Part shown: piece after piece, positions 46,456-56,811 of the stretch
How positions within the stretch are numbered: position 1 is the first letter of the stretch
Layout: each line of letters opens with the position of its first letter
Origin: an uncultured archaeon
GTDB lineage: Archaea; Altiarchaeota; Altiarchaeia; IMC4; SCGC-AAA252-I15
Direction: 5' to 3'
DNA: 64,000 bases
Assembly: GCA_902384455.1 (NCBI GenBank)
Contig: CABMCB010000079.1
Coordinates: 618-64,617 of the forward strand
The notes under the pieces: model-generated
Database searches by the model: none
What the model saw: only the letters and a program-made list of their open reading frames with translations
Told to the model about the DNA's origin: nothing
Made by a program: the position numbers and the translations under genes

Positions 46456-47187
46456 TCAGCCGTACATCGGCGAATCGCACTCCATCTGCTTGTACCCGTC
46501 GCGGCCTCTTTTTACGTGTTCTGTGATGTCCTTCATCTTTTTTTCTATTTCCTCTCCCACTTCGGAAAGTTTGGCGGTATCGACTTTTATGCCGAGTATG
46601 TCGTTTAGTATGGTTAGTAAGCTGGCTGCTGCCGCTGGGTCTGGGGAGTAGACTGTTTCCACCATCAAGCTGACGTATGGAACCTCGTTTGTCCTGCACC
46701 AGAACAGTAGTTCGCTTGATACTCCGATCATCATTCCTTCCTTTAGGTGTGGAACTTTAAGCGCGTCAAGTTTGGTCTGGCAGGCGTTGTGGCTGCAGAG
46801 GGTGAATATGGCGTGGTCCGCGTTGCTTTGAGTTCCTGTGACGCCGGCAAGAAGTATCATCTCTTTAGGCTTAATCTGGTTGAGCCAGTCTTCAAGTGCC
46901 TTAGAGAACTCAGGTATCTTATCCAGGGGTATTACCGCCTCGGAGTAGATGACTACAAACTGGTTTTTCGCATAAATCTGAATCGGCTTTAATGGAGTGC
47001 CGTCGTGGACCACCGTTATGCCAGCGGTTATGTCCGAATCAATGAAGCCGATTAACTCCATATCAAGCGCCGCAATAATCTGCCCTGCTGCTATGGTGGA
47101 CACGTATCCTTTTCCTGGGAACGCTTCGATTACCGTCGGCTTGTCCGAAACTGTTTTTCCTTTAAACAAATGAATGGTTGCTGTCAT
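46456..47187 (-). CDS. PAC2-family proteasome assembly chaperone
   Basis: PTVIEAFPGKGYVSTIAAGQIIAAL N-terminal motif and a length of 243 aa. Confidence 0.6.
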   Translation of the reverse strand: MTATIHLFKGKTVSDKPTVIEAFPGKGYVSTIAAGQIIAALDMELIGFIDSDITAGITVVHDGTPLKPIQIYAKNQFVVIYSEAVIPLDKIPEFSKALEDWLNQIKPKEMILLAGVTGTQSNADHAIFTLCSHNACQTKLDALKVPHLKEGMMIGVSSELLFWCRTNEVPYVSLMVETVYSPDPAAAASLLTILNDILGIKVDTAKLSEVGEEIEKKMKDITEHVKRGRDGYKQMECDSPMYG

Positions 47188-48179
47188 TTTCTTCCTGCGA
47201 GAGTAATAACGTCCGAGAGTATGGCGCTGCTCGTCTCCCTTGGCCCTGCGCCCCGCCCTATCACCGTGACGTCCCTTGCGATATCAGTATTCAACTGGAT
47301 GGCGTTCAGCGTCCCTGAAACGTTAAGCGGATGATGCTTAGGCACCAAGCGAGGCGAAACTTCCCGTGCCCCCACGTCGCCAATAAGTTTGATTGCATAA
47401 CCGTGCTTGGAGGCCAGCGAAACAGTCTCATACGTTATGTCCGCGATTCCTGTCACCTTAACGTCACTGAACGTTATGTTTTGCCCCATAAGCGCGTTAG
47501 CAAGTATGACCACTTTAGCGGCAGTGTCAATCCCCTGGATGTAGTACGTCGGATCCGGCTCTGCTATTCCAAGTTCCTTGGCTTCGTTAAGGGCGGCGTC
47601 AAAAGGCACGCCGTCGTCAGTCATCTTGGTGAGAATAAAGTTTGTCGTGCCATTAAGTATTCCGTAAATGCTCTCTATGGAATCCGCCTTCAACGTCTCC
47701 CTATAGAGGTTAAGTAACGGCACAGCCCCCCCTACTGTCGCCTCAAACAGCACCGTCTTGCCTGTCTTCTCCTGCGCATCCATAATCCTCTTATAGTTGG
47801 TAGCGAAAGGCGCCTTGTTTGACGTGGCGACGTCCTTCCCGCTTTCAAGGGCGGCAAGAATATGGTTCAAACCCGGCTGACCCGTCTGAATATTCCCCGG
47901 CGTAAGCTCCACCACAGCGTCAGCAGTCGACTCCTTAATCGCGTCCAAAGTCTTCAAACCCTGACGCCACCCCTCCTGCTCAGCAAGAGGCTTAGACAAA
48001 ACTGTAGAAAGATCAACATCGCCTTTAGGAAGAAGACAGCCGTTTATCTCACAGACACCCGAAACCCTCAAATCAACCCCATGACGCTTCCTAATGTACG
48101 CCTGCTTCTGCTCAAGCGTCTTAAGCAGGCCCTTTCCAATGATTCCGAACCCTACTATTAGTATCCTGTACTGTTTCAT
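47184..48179 (-). CDS. hom: Homoserine dehydrogenase
   Basis: ILIVGFGIIGKG Rossmann motif, plus GILNGTTNFILT and AEPDPT..I.G.D motifs. Confidence 0.85.
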   Translation of the reverse strand: MKQYRILIVGFGIIGKGLLKTLEQKQAYIRKRHGVDLRVSGVCEINGCLLPKGDVDLSTVLSKPLAEQEGWRQGLKTLDAIKESTADAVVELTPGNIQTGQPGLNHILAALESGKDVATSNKAPFATNYKRIMDAQEKTGKTVLFEATVGGAVPLLNLYRETLKADSIESIYGILNGTTNFILTKMTDDGVPFDAALNEAKELGIAEPDPTYYIQGIDTAAKVVILANALMGQNITFSDVKVTGIADITYETVSLASKHGYAIKLIGDVGAREVSPRLVPKHHPLNVSGTLNAIQLNTDIARDVTVIGRGAGPRETSSAILSDVITLAGRK

Positions 48180-48721
48180 GTCTCAATAGAACTGATTAAC
48201 AAAAGCTTCTTTTCCACACATATAGACTGGACTTCCTCAAGAAGCACCTTCTTCCTCTTAGCGTCAAAATGCACCGAAAGAAGAACAGACGACTTCTTCT
48301 CAGGAGCCGGCATCTGAACATCCACATCAGACACCAAACCATGCCTGTTAATGCGGTCAATAGTATCCTTCATGTCCGTATCAATCACATGGCCGACAAA
48401 CAGAAGATGAAGAGTCTTCCTCTTGTAATAAGGGCTTCCTTCAACGCTGATAGTCGAAACAGGGACCTTAGCCTCGGAATAAGCCCTGCTGATATTAGCC
48501 AAAGACGTCTCGTCGGCGACAGACAAAACAACATCAAGGTCTACGTTGCTGCCTTCCTTGCGATGATGAGAAACGCTCAGGATATTGCCCCCAAAGTCAG
48601 AAATCGGCTTCAAGGCCTGAAGAAGAGCCCCCGGCCTATCCTGAACACCAACGCGCAGCTCGACCTTCATACGCAAGGATATAGGACGCAACACTTTAAA
48701 ACGCCCGCGCAGAACCCTCAT
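48176..48721 (-). CDS. ACT-domain regulatory protein
   Basis: VELRVGVQDRPGALLQALKPISDFGGNILSV is an ACT signature. The gene overlaps hom by 4 nt. An alternative start lies at 48670. Confidence 0.65.
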   Translation of the reverse strand: MRVLRGRFKVLRPISLRMKVELRVGVQDRPGALLQALKPISDFGGNILSVSHHRKEGSNVDLDVVLSVADETSLANISRAYSEAKVPVSTISVEGSPYYKRKTLHLLFVGHVIDTDMKDTIDRINRHGLVSDVDVQMPAPEKKSSVLLSVHFDAKRKKVLLEEVQSICVEKKLLLISSIET

Positions 48722-48776
48722 TAAAGTAACCCCCGCCTTTTTTATTCTGAGCGCGGAATACTAACCCAATCCCCAA

Positions 48777-50876
48777 ATGACCACGCTAATAGTCACAGAA
48801 AAACCCAAAGTCGCGGAAAGAATAGCCACCACCATAGGCGCAAGCCCAGAAAGAAAACAAAAAGGCCAAGTAACATACTTCAAAGTAGGCGACGTATACG
48901 TAGCACCCGTTGTAGGACACGTTTACGGGCTGGCTGAAGCCAAAAAAGACGCCAAATGGACTTATCCCGTATTCGACATAGAGTGGGTGGGGTCGTGGGA
49001 AAACGGCAAGGACAGCGACTACACTAAAAAATACGTTGACGTCATAAAGGAACTGGCTAAAAAATGCGACCTCTTCGTCAACAGCTGCGACTACGACATA
49101 GAAGGGGAAGTAATAGGATACAACGTCATAAAGCACGCCTGCAAAACAGACCCGCTTGGCCCAAAAGCCAAAAGGATGCGCTACAGCTCACTAACCGAAG
49201 AAAGCATACTCAAAGCATACAAAAACCTAAGCCCAGCAGACAAAGGAATGGCCGCGGCAGGACTAACCCGCCACACACTCGACTGGTACTGGGGAATAAA
49301 CCTAAGCCGCGCCCTCACAATAGCATTACGCAAAGCACGCAGATACGCCACATTAAGCGTTGGCCGCGTTCAGGGGCCTTCGCTTAAGATGCTCGCCAAG
49401 AGGGAGTTGGAGATAATCGCTTTCAAGAGCGAAAAGTACTGGGAAGTCGTTCTAGTCTCTGAAAAGGACAAGATTGCTTTCGAAGCCCTCCACAAGATAG
49501 AGCGGTTCAAGAAGAAGGAAGAAGCCGACGCCGCAAAAGCGCGGTGCGGACCTAAGGCGACGGTAGTAAAAGTAACAAAAAGGGACATAGAGCAGCCGCC
49601 TCCAACGCCTTTTGACCTGACGACGCTGCAGACTGAAGCGTACCGCCACCACGGCATAGACCCCCGCCAAACGCTTGATGTGGCCCAAGACCTCTACATC
49701 TCAGCGCTCATAAGTTATCCCCGAACAAGCAGCCAACAGTACCCCCCGGACCTTGACGTAGAGGGCATACTCAAAAAAATAAGCCAACAACCAGAATACA
49801 AGCCCCTAACGGACATAGTGCTCAAGAAAAAGCCGTTAAAACCCCACAACGGACCCAAAAAAGACCCAGCCCACCCCGCAATCCACCCCACAGGCGAAAC
49901 ACCCAAAGGGCTCGACGGATACCACAAAAGAATATACGACCTCATAGTGCGCAGATTCATAGCGTGCTTCGGCGAACCCGCGCTACGCCAAACACTCACA
50001 GTCAACCTGGAAACAAACAAAGAACCATTCACAGCCAAAGGAATGGCAACAATAAAACCCGCCTGGCACACACTATACGGACCCTACGCCAAATTCAAGG
50101 AAATACAACTCCCGCCGCTCACCGAAGGCGACATCGTAAACGTAAAATCAGTGGACGTCAAAGGCAAAGAAACAACTCCGCCCAAAAGATACACCCCCGC
50201 AAGCATAATCCGGGAAATGGAAAAAAGAAACCTGGGCACCAAAGCCACACGCTCAACAATAGTAGACATACTATTCAAACGCGGATACATCAAAGGCAAA
50301 AGCCTCGAAGTAACCCCACTCGGCATAAACGTAGTAGCAACACTAGACAAACACTGCCCAGAAGTACTCTCCGAAGAACTAACAAGAAAATTCGAAAAAG
50401 AAATGGAGAAAATACAGGAAAACAAATACCCACCAGAAAAAGTCATAGAAGAAGGAAAAGAAGCAATACAAACAATCTCCAAAAACTTCACCCAACACGA
50501 AAACGAAATAGGCCAAGAACTAGCCAAAGCACTCGCAGAAAGCTCACGCGACGAAAACGACCTGGGACCATGCCCCAAATGCGAAAAAAACAGGCTCACA
50601 TTCAGATTCGGAGGACCCCGAAAAACAAGATTCATCGGCTGCACAGGCTACCCAACATGCACATTCACAGTAAACCTGCCCCCAGGAACAATAAAGAAAA
50701 TGGGGGAATGCAAATACTGCGGCAGACAAGTACTCGCAACCACAGGGAAAAACTCATTCGCATTCTGCGCCAACCCATACTGCGAAAGCAAAAAAAACGG
50801 CCTCTCCAAAAACCCCAAAGAACTACTGAAGAAGGAGGAGGCCAAATCTGAGCCTCAGGAAGAAGACCAAGAATGA
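48777..50876 (+). CDS. topA: Type IA DNA topoisomerase with C-terminal zinc ribbons
   Basis: Toprim start TLIVTEKPKVAE, an active-site region ISYPRTSSQQY with the catalytic Tyr, and C-terminal CPKC...C..YP.C and CKYCG...CANPYC fingers. Confidence 0.85.
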   Translation: MTTLIVTEKPKVAERIATTIGASPERKQKGQVTYFKVGDVYVAPVVGHVYGLAEAKKDAKWTYPVFDIEWVGSWENGKDSDYTKKYVDVIKELAKKCDLFVNSCDYDIEGEVIGYNVIKHACKTDPLGPKAKRMRYSSLTEESILKAYKNLSPADKGMAAAGLTRHTLDWYWGINLSRALTIALRKARRYATLSVGRVQGPSLKMLAKRELEIIAFKSEKYWEVVLVSEKDKIAFEALHKIERFKKKEEADAAKARCGPKATVVKVTKRDIEQPPPTPFDLTTLQTEAYRHHGIDPRQTLDVAQDLYISALISYPRTSSQQYPPDLDVEGILKKISQQPEYKPLTDIVLKKKPLKPHNGPKKDPAHPAIHPTGETPKGLDGYHKRIYDLIVRRFIACFGEPALRQTLTVNLETNKEPFTAKGMATIKPAWHTLYGPYAKFKEIQLPPLTEGDIVNVKSVDVKGKETTPPKRYTPASIIREMEKRNLGTKATRSTIVDILFKRGYIKGKSLEVTPLGINVVATLDKHCPEVLSEELTRKFEKEMEKIQENKYPPEKVIEEGKEAIQTISKNFTQHENEIGQELAKALAESSRDENDLGPCPKCEKNRLTFRFGGPRKTRFIGCTGYPTCTFTVNLPPGTIKKMGECKYCGRQVLATTGKNSFAFCANPYCESKKNGLSKNPKELLKKEEAKSEPQEEDQE

Positions 50877-51928
50877 GCCACTTCGAGCTTTGGCTTAAAG
50901 CATACGAGGAAAACAGGAAAGACATTCTGAAAGAACTGAGGACTTACCGTCAGACCATAAAAAACACCTCGGAAAAACTCCCAAAAAACCTCCTCCGCCA
51001 AGTAACCCCCGGCCACCACAACCTGCCGGGACCCCACGCGTTCGTCGACGGCGGAGAAGGAATCAGAGACCTGCTTGGGGCAGCCGCCTACGCAGTAAGA
51101 GGAAGCGCACTGATAATAGACGACGTAGATAAGCAAAAAGGCAGGTTTGCGAGAAACATAGACATAGGAGTGCTGCCGCACGACGACCACACAAAAGACC
51201 GCGTGGAACTTAGGCGAGAAATACTGGAAGTAGACGCCGCAACAACGGCAATAAACGACCACAACGCAAAAACGTTGTTTCTGGACGGAAGCCTATACGT
51301 CAAAGCCCGCAGACAACCCGCTCCAGTAGAAGAATACAAAGCATACAGGAAAAAATTCGCCGCACTACTCAGAACATGCAAAAACAAGAACATACGCCTC
51401 ATAGGAGTAAGCGAAGACACAAAAAGCAAACTACTAACACACCACCTAAAAACACAATACGACGTAGAATTCCCCATATTCCTAACCGACGCAAGCATAC
51501 TAAGAATGCTCGCAGGAAAACAAACAACATTCCAAACACCATTCTTCACGCCACAAAGCTTATTCGAAGCAGACGAAGACCTCGGCCGAGGATTCACAGT
51601 AGGATTCCACACAGCCTACCTGCAGCCGACACCCCTCTCGCTGCCCCTTAGAATCGACATCCCCGACTGGGACCCCAATCCGCAGCAACTGATGGACTTC
51701 ACGGCGTACTTAACACAAGGAAGCCGCAGCTACGGCTACCCCGTGCCCCTGTACCTTGTTCACATTGACGCCCACATAACCCCCCACCAAACAGACTGGA
51801 GCACAGAACAACTGCTGATGTACATAAGGAAAGAAGACCCCGACATCGCCGACTCGATACTGCACATAAACCGCAGAGAAAACAGGCCAAAAGGAAAAAA
51901 CCAAACGGAAGAGAAAAACAGTTCCTGA
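50873..51928 (+). CDS. nurA: NurA-domain 5'-3' nuclease
   Basis: The acidic motifs FVDGGEG, LFLDGSLY and LIGVSEDTKSKLL resemble the conserved NurA blocks. The start overlaps the topA stop (ATGA). Confidence 0.5.
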   Translation: MSHFELWLKAYEENRKDILKELRTYRQTIKNTSEKLPKNLLRQVTPGHHNLPGPHAFVDGGEGIRDLLGAAAYAVRGSALIIDDVDKQKGRFARNIDIGVLPHDDHTKDRVELRREILEVDAATTAINDHNAKTLFLDGSLYVKARRQPAPVEEYKAYRKKFAALLRTCKNKNIRLIGVSEDTKSKLLTHHLKTQYDVEFPIFLTDASILRMLAGKQTTFQTPFFTPQSLFEADEDLGRGFTVGFHTAYLQPTPLSLPLRIDIPDWDPNPQQLMDFTAYLTQGSRSYGYPVPLYLVHIDAHITPHQTDWSTEQLLMYIRKEDPDIADSILHINRRENRPKGKNQTEEKNSS

Positions 51929-51988
51929 TTCCTCTATTATATATACGGCGTTTATCCAAAGAATAACAGCATCAAAGCCGGTGAAAAA

Positions 51989-54900
51989 GTGAGGATGGAC
52001 GACAAAACTACATTTAATCCAACAAAAAACAGGCCGTCCATCAACCCCGAAATTCCTCTTTTCGTTCCCTACAAATCCAAGCCGGCAAAGCATACCAACA
52101 AATTGGTTGTCCTCTTAGCCGCAGTATTCATCCTTTCCGGCGTCTTTTTGGCCATCCGCGCCTCATTCCCGGCGACACCACAAGTACAAGGCGCATTCCT
52201 GGGGGTAGACTTAGACAAGATATTCGGGAAACAAACAGGCGGAGATTCAAAGATACAATACGACGTAGAAAATACCTGGCGAATGAGCGGGAAAAACCCG
52301 CAGCACACAAGATTCTTCAACGTGTCAATAAACGGCACCCTCATCCCCGAATACATATGGTACGGCTGGGCGAACTCATTATACACAACACCCATCGCAT
52401 TCAACGACAAAATATACGCTATATTAGACGGCTCTTACTACTCCGGATACGGAAGCATGTACAACTCATATGCCTACCAATACTGCTACTACACCGGACT
52501 ATACGAATTCGACGCCAGAGACCTTACAGTCCTCCAATACAACAACCCCTGGTATTATTACAACTACTGCCCCTACTCATATGGAAGCTTAGCCGGCGCA
52601 GGAGACAAAATATTCTACACCGACGAATACACGCGCGACCTAATAGCCGTAAATGCGTCAAACATAAGCCAAGTACTCGGAAACTTCAGCACCGCAGACA
52701 ACTGGTGGCAACGAGGATCACTGGTAGTAATAAACGGCACAAGCACAGACGACTCAGACCCCATAGTGTACACCTCAGAAAGCTACAACCGGACACTGTA
52801 CCGGATAAACGGCACAAACATGGCCAAGCTAGACCAGTTCATAGGCCTAGGATACGTCTACGACGGACCAACATACTTCAACGACAACCTATACTTCTCA
52901 GGAGGCGACGGATACATATACCGGACATACCCCAACCTAACACTAATCCAAAACTACAGTACAGGCGGAAGCGTAGGCCAAATGGCGGCAGGAGACAACG
53001 GCCTGATATACTTCTTCGGGACAATGAGCTACAACGACACCAACGGCACGCTATACTATTTTAATGGGCTATGGGCCCTAAACAGCAGCAACATAAGCCA
53101 AATCGTAACAAACCAATCCGGCATCGATAGATACTACGAATACTGGGGAACATGCAGCCCAGTAATAGCCAACGGCATAGTATACGGCCAAGTCTACAAT
53201 AGTAGCAGCGGCAGATTTATGATTGCCGCATACAACGAAAACGACCTGTCCCAGCAACTTGCAGCCCGTGAGTTAGTGCCCAGAGGATACCTCAATTACT
53301 GTCCGTATTACTACTACTGGTACTACGGGTACTATTGGCAATATGACCCATACTGCTACTACTACTATTACCCATCAAATTACATCTCCGGATGTCCCAT
53401 AGCGGGAGGAGGATACATATTTTTGGGCGACAACCACTGCCACTTCTACTCATTCAACGCAACAACCCTTGAATTGGTCGACTCATACGACCTGCTGAAC
53501 GACGGATACTACTACTGGGGCAACTACGCAGACACATGCACATGGTACCCATTCATAAGTGGCGAATCAGTTTACGCTGGAGTAACAGACTCAAAATACT
53601 ACGCAGCCAGCTGGTGCAGCCAAGTAAACACAACAGACAACAGCGTCTGCGATTCATGGGCATATAGCAGTTCATCCGAAGCCCAAGCATACCTAATCAA
53701 GTTCTCAGCATTGGTAGCCGAGGCAAACTTAACCCAAACCGCAACACCAGCCAGCCCGCAAAAATGGAACACATCAATCACATTCAGCTGCAACTACACA
53801 AACTCATCAGGAAGCCCCATAACAGGCTCAAAAGTCACCCTATCAATAGATTCCGACAACTACACAGCAACATACTCCGGCGGAGTATACTCCGTGACAA
53901 TAACCAACCTCACCCGAGGAGCCCACTCATGGTTCTGCAACGCAAAAGGCACAGGATACGAAGCCAAAATGGGAACACCCCAGACATACAGGATCAACCA
54001 AGAACCCATATTCGGATACAGGATATTCCAGCCAAACGGAAACGAATCAAGAGACACATACATAATGCAAAACTACGAAACATCATACTGGTGGAACTGG
54101 GCATGGCTCGCCGGATTAAACCACTACGAACATGACCCATACCTCAGAGTAGGAGCCGGATGGTACACGTGGTGCTACGACTGCGGCTCACCATACGGCT
54201 GGTGGGGATACACATCATGGGACTACAGAACACTAATATACTTCGACCTATCAAAACTACCACAAAACTCCACCAACATCACATCCGCAAGCGTAGGCCT
54301 GCACACCGACAACCTATACTGGGACTGGACGTGGTTCACAATCTACAACATGACCAACGGCTGGGCAGATAACGCAAGCTGGTTCATGAACGTAACAGAA
54401 ATAGACGCATGGTGGAACGACACCGAAGGCAACCTGTGGTACAACGGAACATTCTGGAACCAATCAGGAGGAGACTACGACTCTAACGCAATCAACCAAA
54501 CAACAATGGGCTGGCAATACTACTGGACATACTCTAACTGGCTATACTTCGACATAGCATCAACGCTAAGAAACTGGATAGGACACCCAGAAATACAAAA
54601 CCTAGGATTCCTACTAGACAGCTTCGGAAGCGGAGGAAGCTACACCAACTACAACTACTACGACCAAACAAACTTCGACTCATCAGAAACAGAAAACCCC
54701 GCAAACAGACCAAAACTACAAGTAAACTTCACAATAACAGACCAAACATGGCCCAGAAACACAAACAACAGCAACATAATAGCAAGCAGATTCTTCTGGG
54801 ACCCAGACAACGAAAACCTCACATACAACGTACTAGGACTAGATAACGACCTAGAAAACATGACCGCAATCATAGACACAAACTCAACCATCATAACATT

Positions 54901-55819
54901 CGTCCCCACCGAATGCTGGTACGGCGTCATAAGAAACATACGAATAATAGCAAACGACAGCTTCGGAACAACAGGAATAAGCAACAACTTCACACTAAAC
55001 GTCACATACACAGAAGGAGCCTGCAGCCACAACTACCCACCCCGAATAGGCAACGTAAACTGCACAAACCCAATAGACCTAACCGCCGCAGATTACGTAG
55101 CCATAACATGCAACGCAACATTCACAGACTCAAACGGATGCTCAGACGTAACAGGCGCAAACGGCACATTCTGGGACTCAACAAGCACAACATTCACAGC
55201 CGCAGACAACACATACAACCACTACACAAACGCAACATGCAGCAGACTATGCGCAGCAAGCCTAGTAACATGCGCATTCAACCTCGCATGGGTAGCCAAC
55301 GCAACAAACGACTGGTACGGAAACATCACAATCTGGGACAGCGACAACCAAAGATACAACTACACAAGCGGAATACAAGTAAACACAATAACAGGAACAC
55401 GCGGCAACACATCATCAATACCCGCAGGAGACTTCATAATAAACTTCAGCATAACATACACCGGAGGCCAAGTAATACCCGGCAGAACAAGCGACACCGA
55501 CGCAGTATCCACATTCCACAACACCGGAAACACCAAAATGAACCTGGAAGTCAACGGCTCAGACATGAGCTGCGCGCTAGGAACATCAATACCAGTGGCC
55601 AACATAAAATACGACAACAAAACCCTAAGCCACTCAAGCAAATGCGGCACACTAGCAACCAGCCTAGACAACACATGCACATCACTATCCTCCTACTTCC
55701 TGCTCGCCCCAGGCAACCCCTACCCAAAGAAAGACGTCTACTGGAGCGTCCAAGCGCCAATACCCCTCAAAGGACCCTGCAACGGAAGAATAGGCGTACT
55801 CGCAATAGCAGCAACCTAA
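51989..55819 (+). CDS. Giant (1276 aa) membrane-anchored or secreted adhesin-like glycoprotein: beta-propeller + Ig-like + DNRLRE-like + C-terminal family-S module
   Basis: N-terminal TM or signal anchor (LVVLLAAVFILSGVFLAI). A PQQ-like propeller region is rich in Y/W/N. RTLIYFDLSKLPQNSTNITSASVGLH resembles the DNRLRE domain core. From about 55031 the motifs YPPRIGNVNC, FTDSNGCSDV and HNTGNTKMNLEVNG are colinear with family S. Confidence 0.7.
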   Translation: MRMDDKTTFNPTKNRPSINPEIPLFVPYKSKPAKHTNKLVVLLAAVFILSGVFLAIRASFPATPQVQGAFLGVDLDKIFGKQTGGDSKIQYDVENTWRMSGKNPQHTRFFNVSINGTLIPEYIWYGWANSLYTTPIAFNDKIYAILDGSYYSGYGSMYNSYAYQYCYYTGLYEFDARDLTVLQYNNPWYYYNYCPYSYGSLAGAGDKIFYTDEYTRDLIAVNASNISQVLGNFSTADNWWQRGSLVVINGTSTDDSDPIVYTSESYNRTLYRINGTNMAKLDQFIGLGYVYDGPTYFNDNLYFSGGDGYIYRTYPNLTLIQNYSTGGSVGQMAAGDNGLIYFFGTMSYNDTNGTLYYFNGLWALNSSNISQIVTNQSGIDRYYEYWGTCSPVIANGIVYGQVYNSSSGRFMIAAYNENDLSQQLAARELVPRGYLNYCPYYYYWYYGYYWQYDPYCYYYYYPSNYISGCPIAGGGYIFLGDNHCHFYSFNATTLELVDSYDLLNDGYYYWGNYADTCTWYPFISGESVYAGVTDSKYYAASWCSQVNTTDNSVCDSWAYSSSSEAQAYLIKFSALVAEANLTQTATPASPQKWNTSITFSCNYTNSSGSPITGSKVTLSIDSDNYTATYSGGVYSVTITNLTRGAHSWFCNAKGTGYEAKMGTPQTYRINQEPIFGYRIFQPNGNESRDTYIMQNYETSYWWNWAWLAGLNHYEHDPYLRVGAGWYTWCYDCGSPYGWWGYTSWDYRTLIYFDLSKLPQNSTNITSASVGLHTDNLYWDWTWFTIYNMTNGWADNASWFMNVTEIDAWWNDTEGNLWYNGTFWNQSGGDYDSNAINQTTMGWQYYWTYSNWLYFDIASTLRNWIGHPEIQNLGFLLDSFGSGGSYTNYNYYDQTNFDSSETENPANRPKLQVNFTITDQTWPRNTNNSNIIASRFFWDPDNENLTYNVLGLDNDLENMTAIIDTNSTIITFVPTECWYGVIRNIRIIANDSFGTTGISNNFTLNVTYTEGACSHNYPPRIGNVNCTNPIDLTAADYVAITCNATFTDSNGCSDVTGANGTFWDSTSTTFTAADNTYNHYTNATCSRLCAASLVTCAFNLAWVANATNDWYGNITIWDSDNQRYNYTSGIQVNTITGTRGNTSSIPAGDFIINFSITYTGGQVIPGRTSDTDAVSTFHNTGNTKMNLEVNGSDMSCALGTSIPVANIKYDNKTLSHSSKCGTLATSLDNTCTSLSSYFLLAPGNPYPKKDVYWSVQAPIPLKGPCNGRIGVLAIAAT

Positions 55820-55820
55820 A

Positions 55821-56783
55821 ATGAACAAAAACCTGATAACAACAGCACTAATACTCATAGCCCTGACAGGCACAGCAACATCCCTAAGCATAGCAATCTC
55901 CCCCAGCATCACCAGAACGTCCATAGCCCGCGGACAAGAAATAGTCCAAAACATAAGAGTAACAACCCAAGACGAAGGCACATTCATAACCGTAGTAAGC
56001 GTAACAGGCTCCGCAAAAGGATGGACAACAATCCTAAACCCCTCAGTCAACGTAACCAAAAACCAACCCGGAAACATAAAAGTCAACATACAGATACCGC
56101 CAGAAGCAACAAACGGAGACTATGAATCCAAAATCTACATAACCCTACAACCCTACGTAGAAGCAACATCACAAGACATGGGAATGTCAGCCGAAATGAC
56201 CGGAGTAGCACTCATAGAAATAACCGTCACAGGCACAGGACTACTAGAACAAAAAATACTCCACATAGACATAGAAAGCGCAAAAGAAAACGACCCCATA
56301 AGACTAAACACCATAATAGCCAACTCAGGAAACATCCTCCTAAGAACAGCCCTCAACGTAAACATCCTAGACCAAGACAAAAACACCCTAAACAAAGAAT
56401 TCAACGAATACATAACCCTACCCGAAGGAACCCAACAACCATTCAACTTCAACATAACCTCCGGACTACCCGCAGGAAGATACTGGGCAAACGTCACATT
56501 CCTCTTCAACAACATAAAAAAACAAAACATAATGCTACCCTTCACAGTCCAAAAAAACCAGATAAAAAGACCCGAAACCACAACAACAACCACACAAACA
56601 CCCACAACAACCACAACACCCACACAAGAAACACCCCAAAACACCACAAAAACACCACAACCCGAAACAGAACAACCCACAACAATACCCTGGTCAACAA
56701 TAACCCTAATAATCCTAGTAGCCGCCATAGCCTACGTGCTATACTGGAGCAAGAAACGCGAAACAGCACGAAGATTTATATGA
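55821..56783 (+). CDS. Membrane-anchored surface beta-sandwich protein with Thr/Pro stalk (family M-like)
   Basis: Signal peptide, two beta-sandwich-like segments, a TTTTTQTPTTTTTPTQETPQNTTKTPQPETEQPTT stalk, then a C-terminal TM helix and basic tail. It starts 1 nt after the adhesin stop. Confidence 0.75.
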   Translation: MNKNLITTALILIALTGTATSLSIAISPSITRTSIARGQEIVQNIRVTTQDEGTFITVVSVTGSAKGWTTILNPSVNVTKNQPGNIKVNIQIPPEATNGDYESKIYITLQPYVEATSQDMGMSAEMTGVALIEITVTGTGLLEQKILHIDIESAKENDPIRLNTIIANSGNILLRTALNVNILDQDKNTLNKEFNEYITLPEGTQQPFNFNITSGLPAGRYWANVTFLFNNIKKQNIMLPFTVQKNQIKRPETTTTTTQTPTTTTTPTQETPQNTTKTPQPETEQPTTIPWSTITLIILVAAIAYVLYWSKKRETARRFI

Positions 56784-56811
56784 CCTCGCCAAATACAATA
56801 GGGATACATAA

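Noticed and set aside
49964-50851. A 295-aa alternative-frame ORF inside topA. Similar cases are 52357-53064 and 54913-55824 inside the adhesin gene, and 41303-41887 inside family-S copy B.
   Set aside because: These are the same compositional artefact, giving R/N/H/T/P-rich nonsense products. The annotated frames contain recognisable domains.
56570-56690. ACA/CCA-rich low-complexity DNA, a possible simple repeat or CRISPR-like region. The same applies to 2700-2850 on the other strand.
   Set aside because: It is in frame and encodes Thr/Pro-rich stalk linkers of surface proteins. There is no regular repeat-spacer periodicity.
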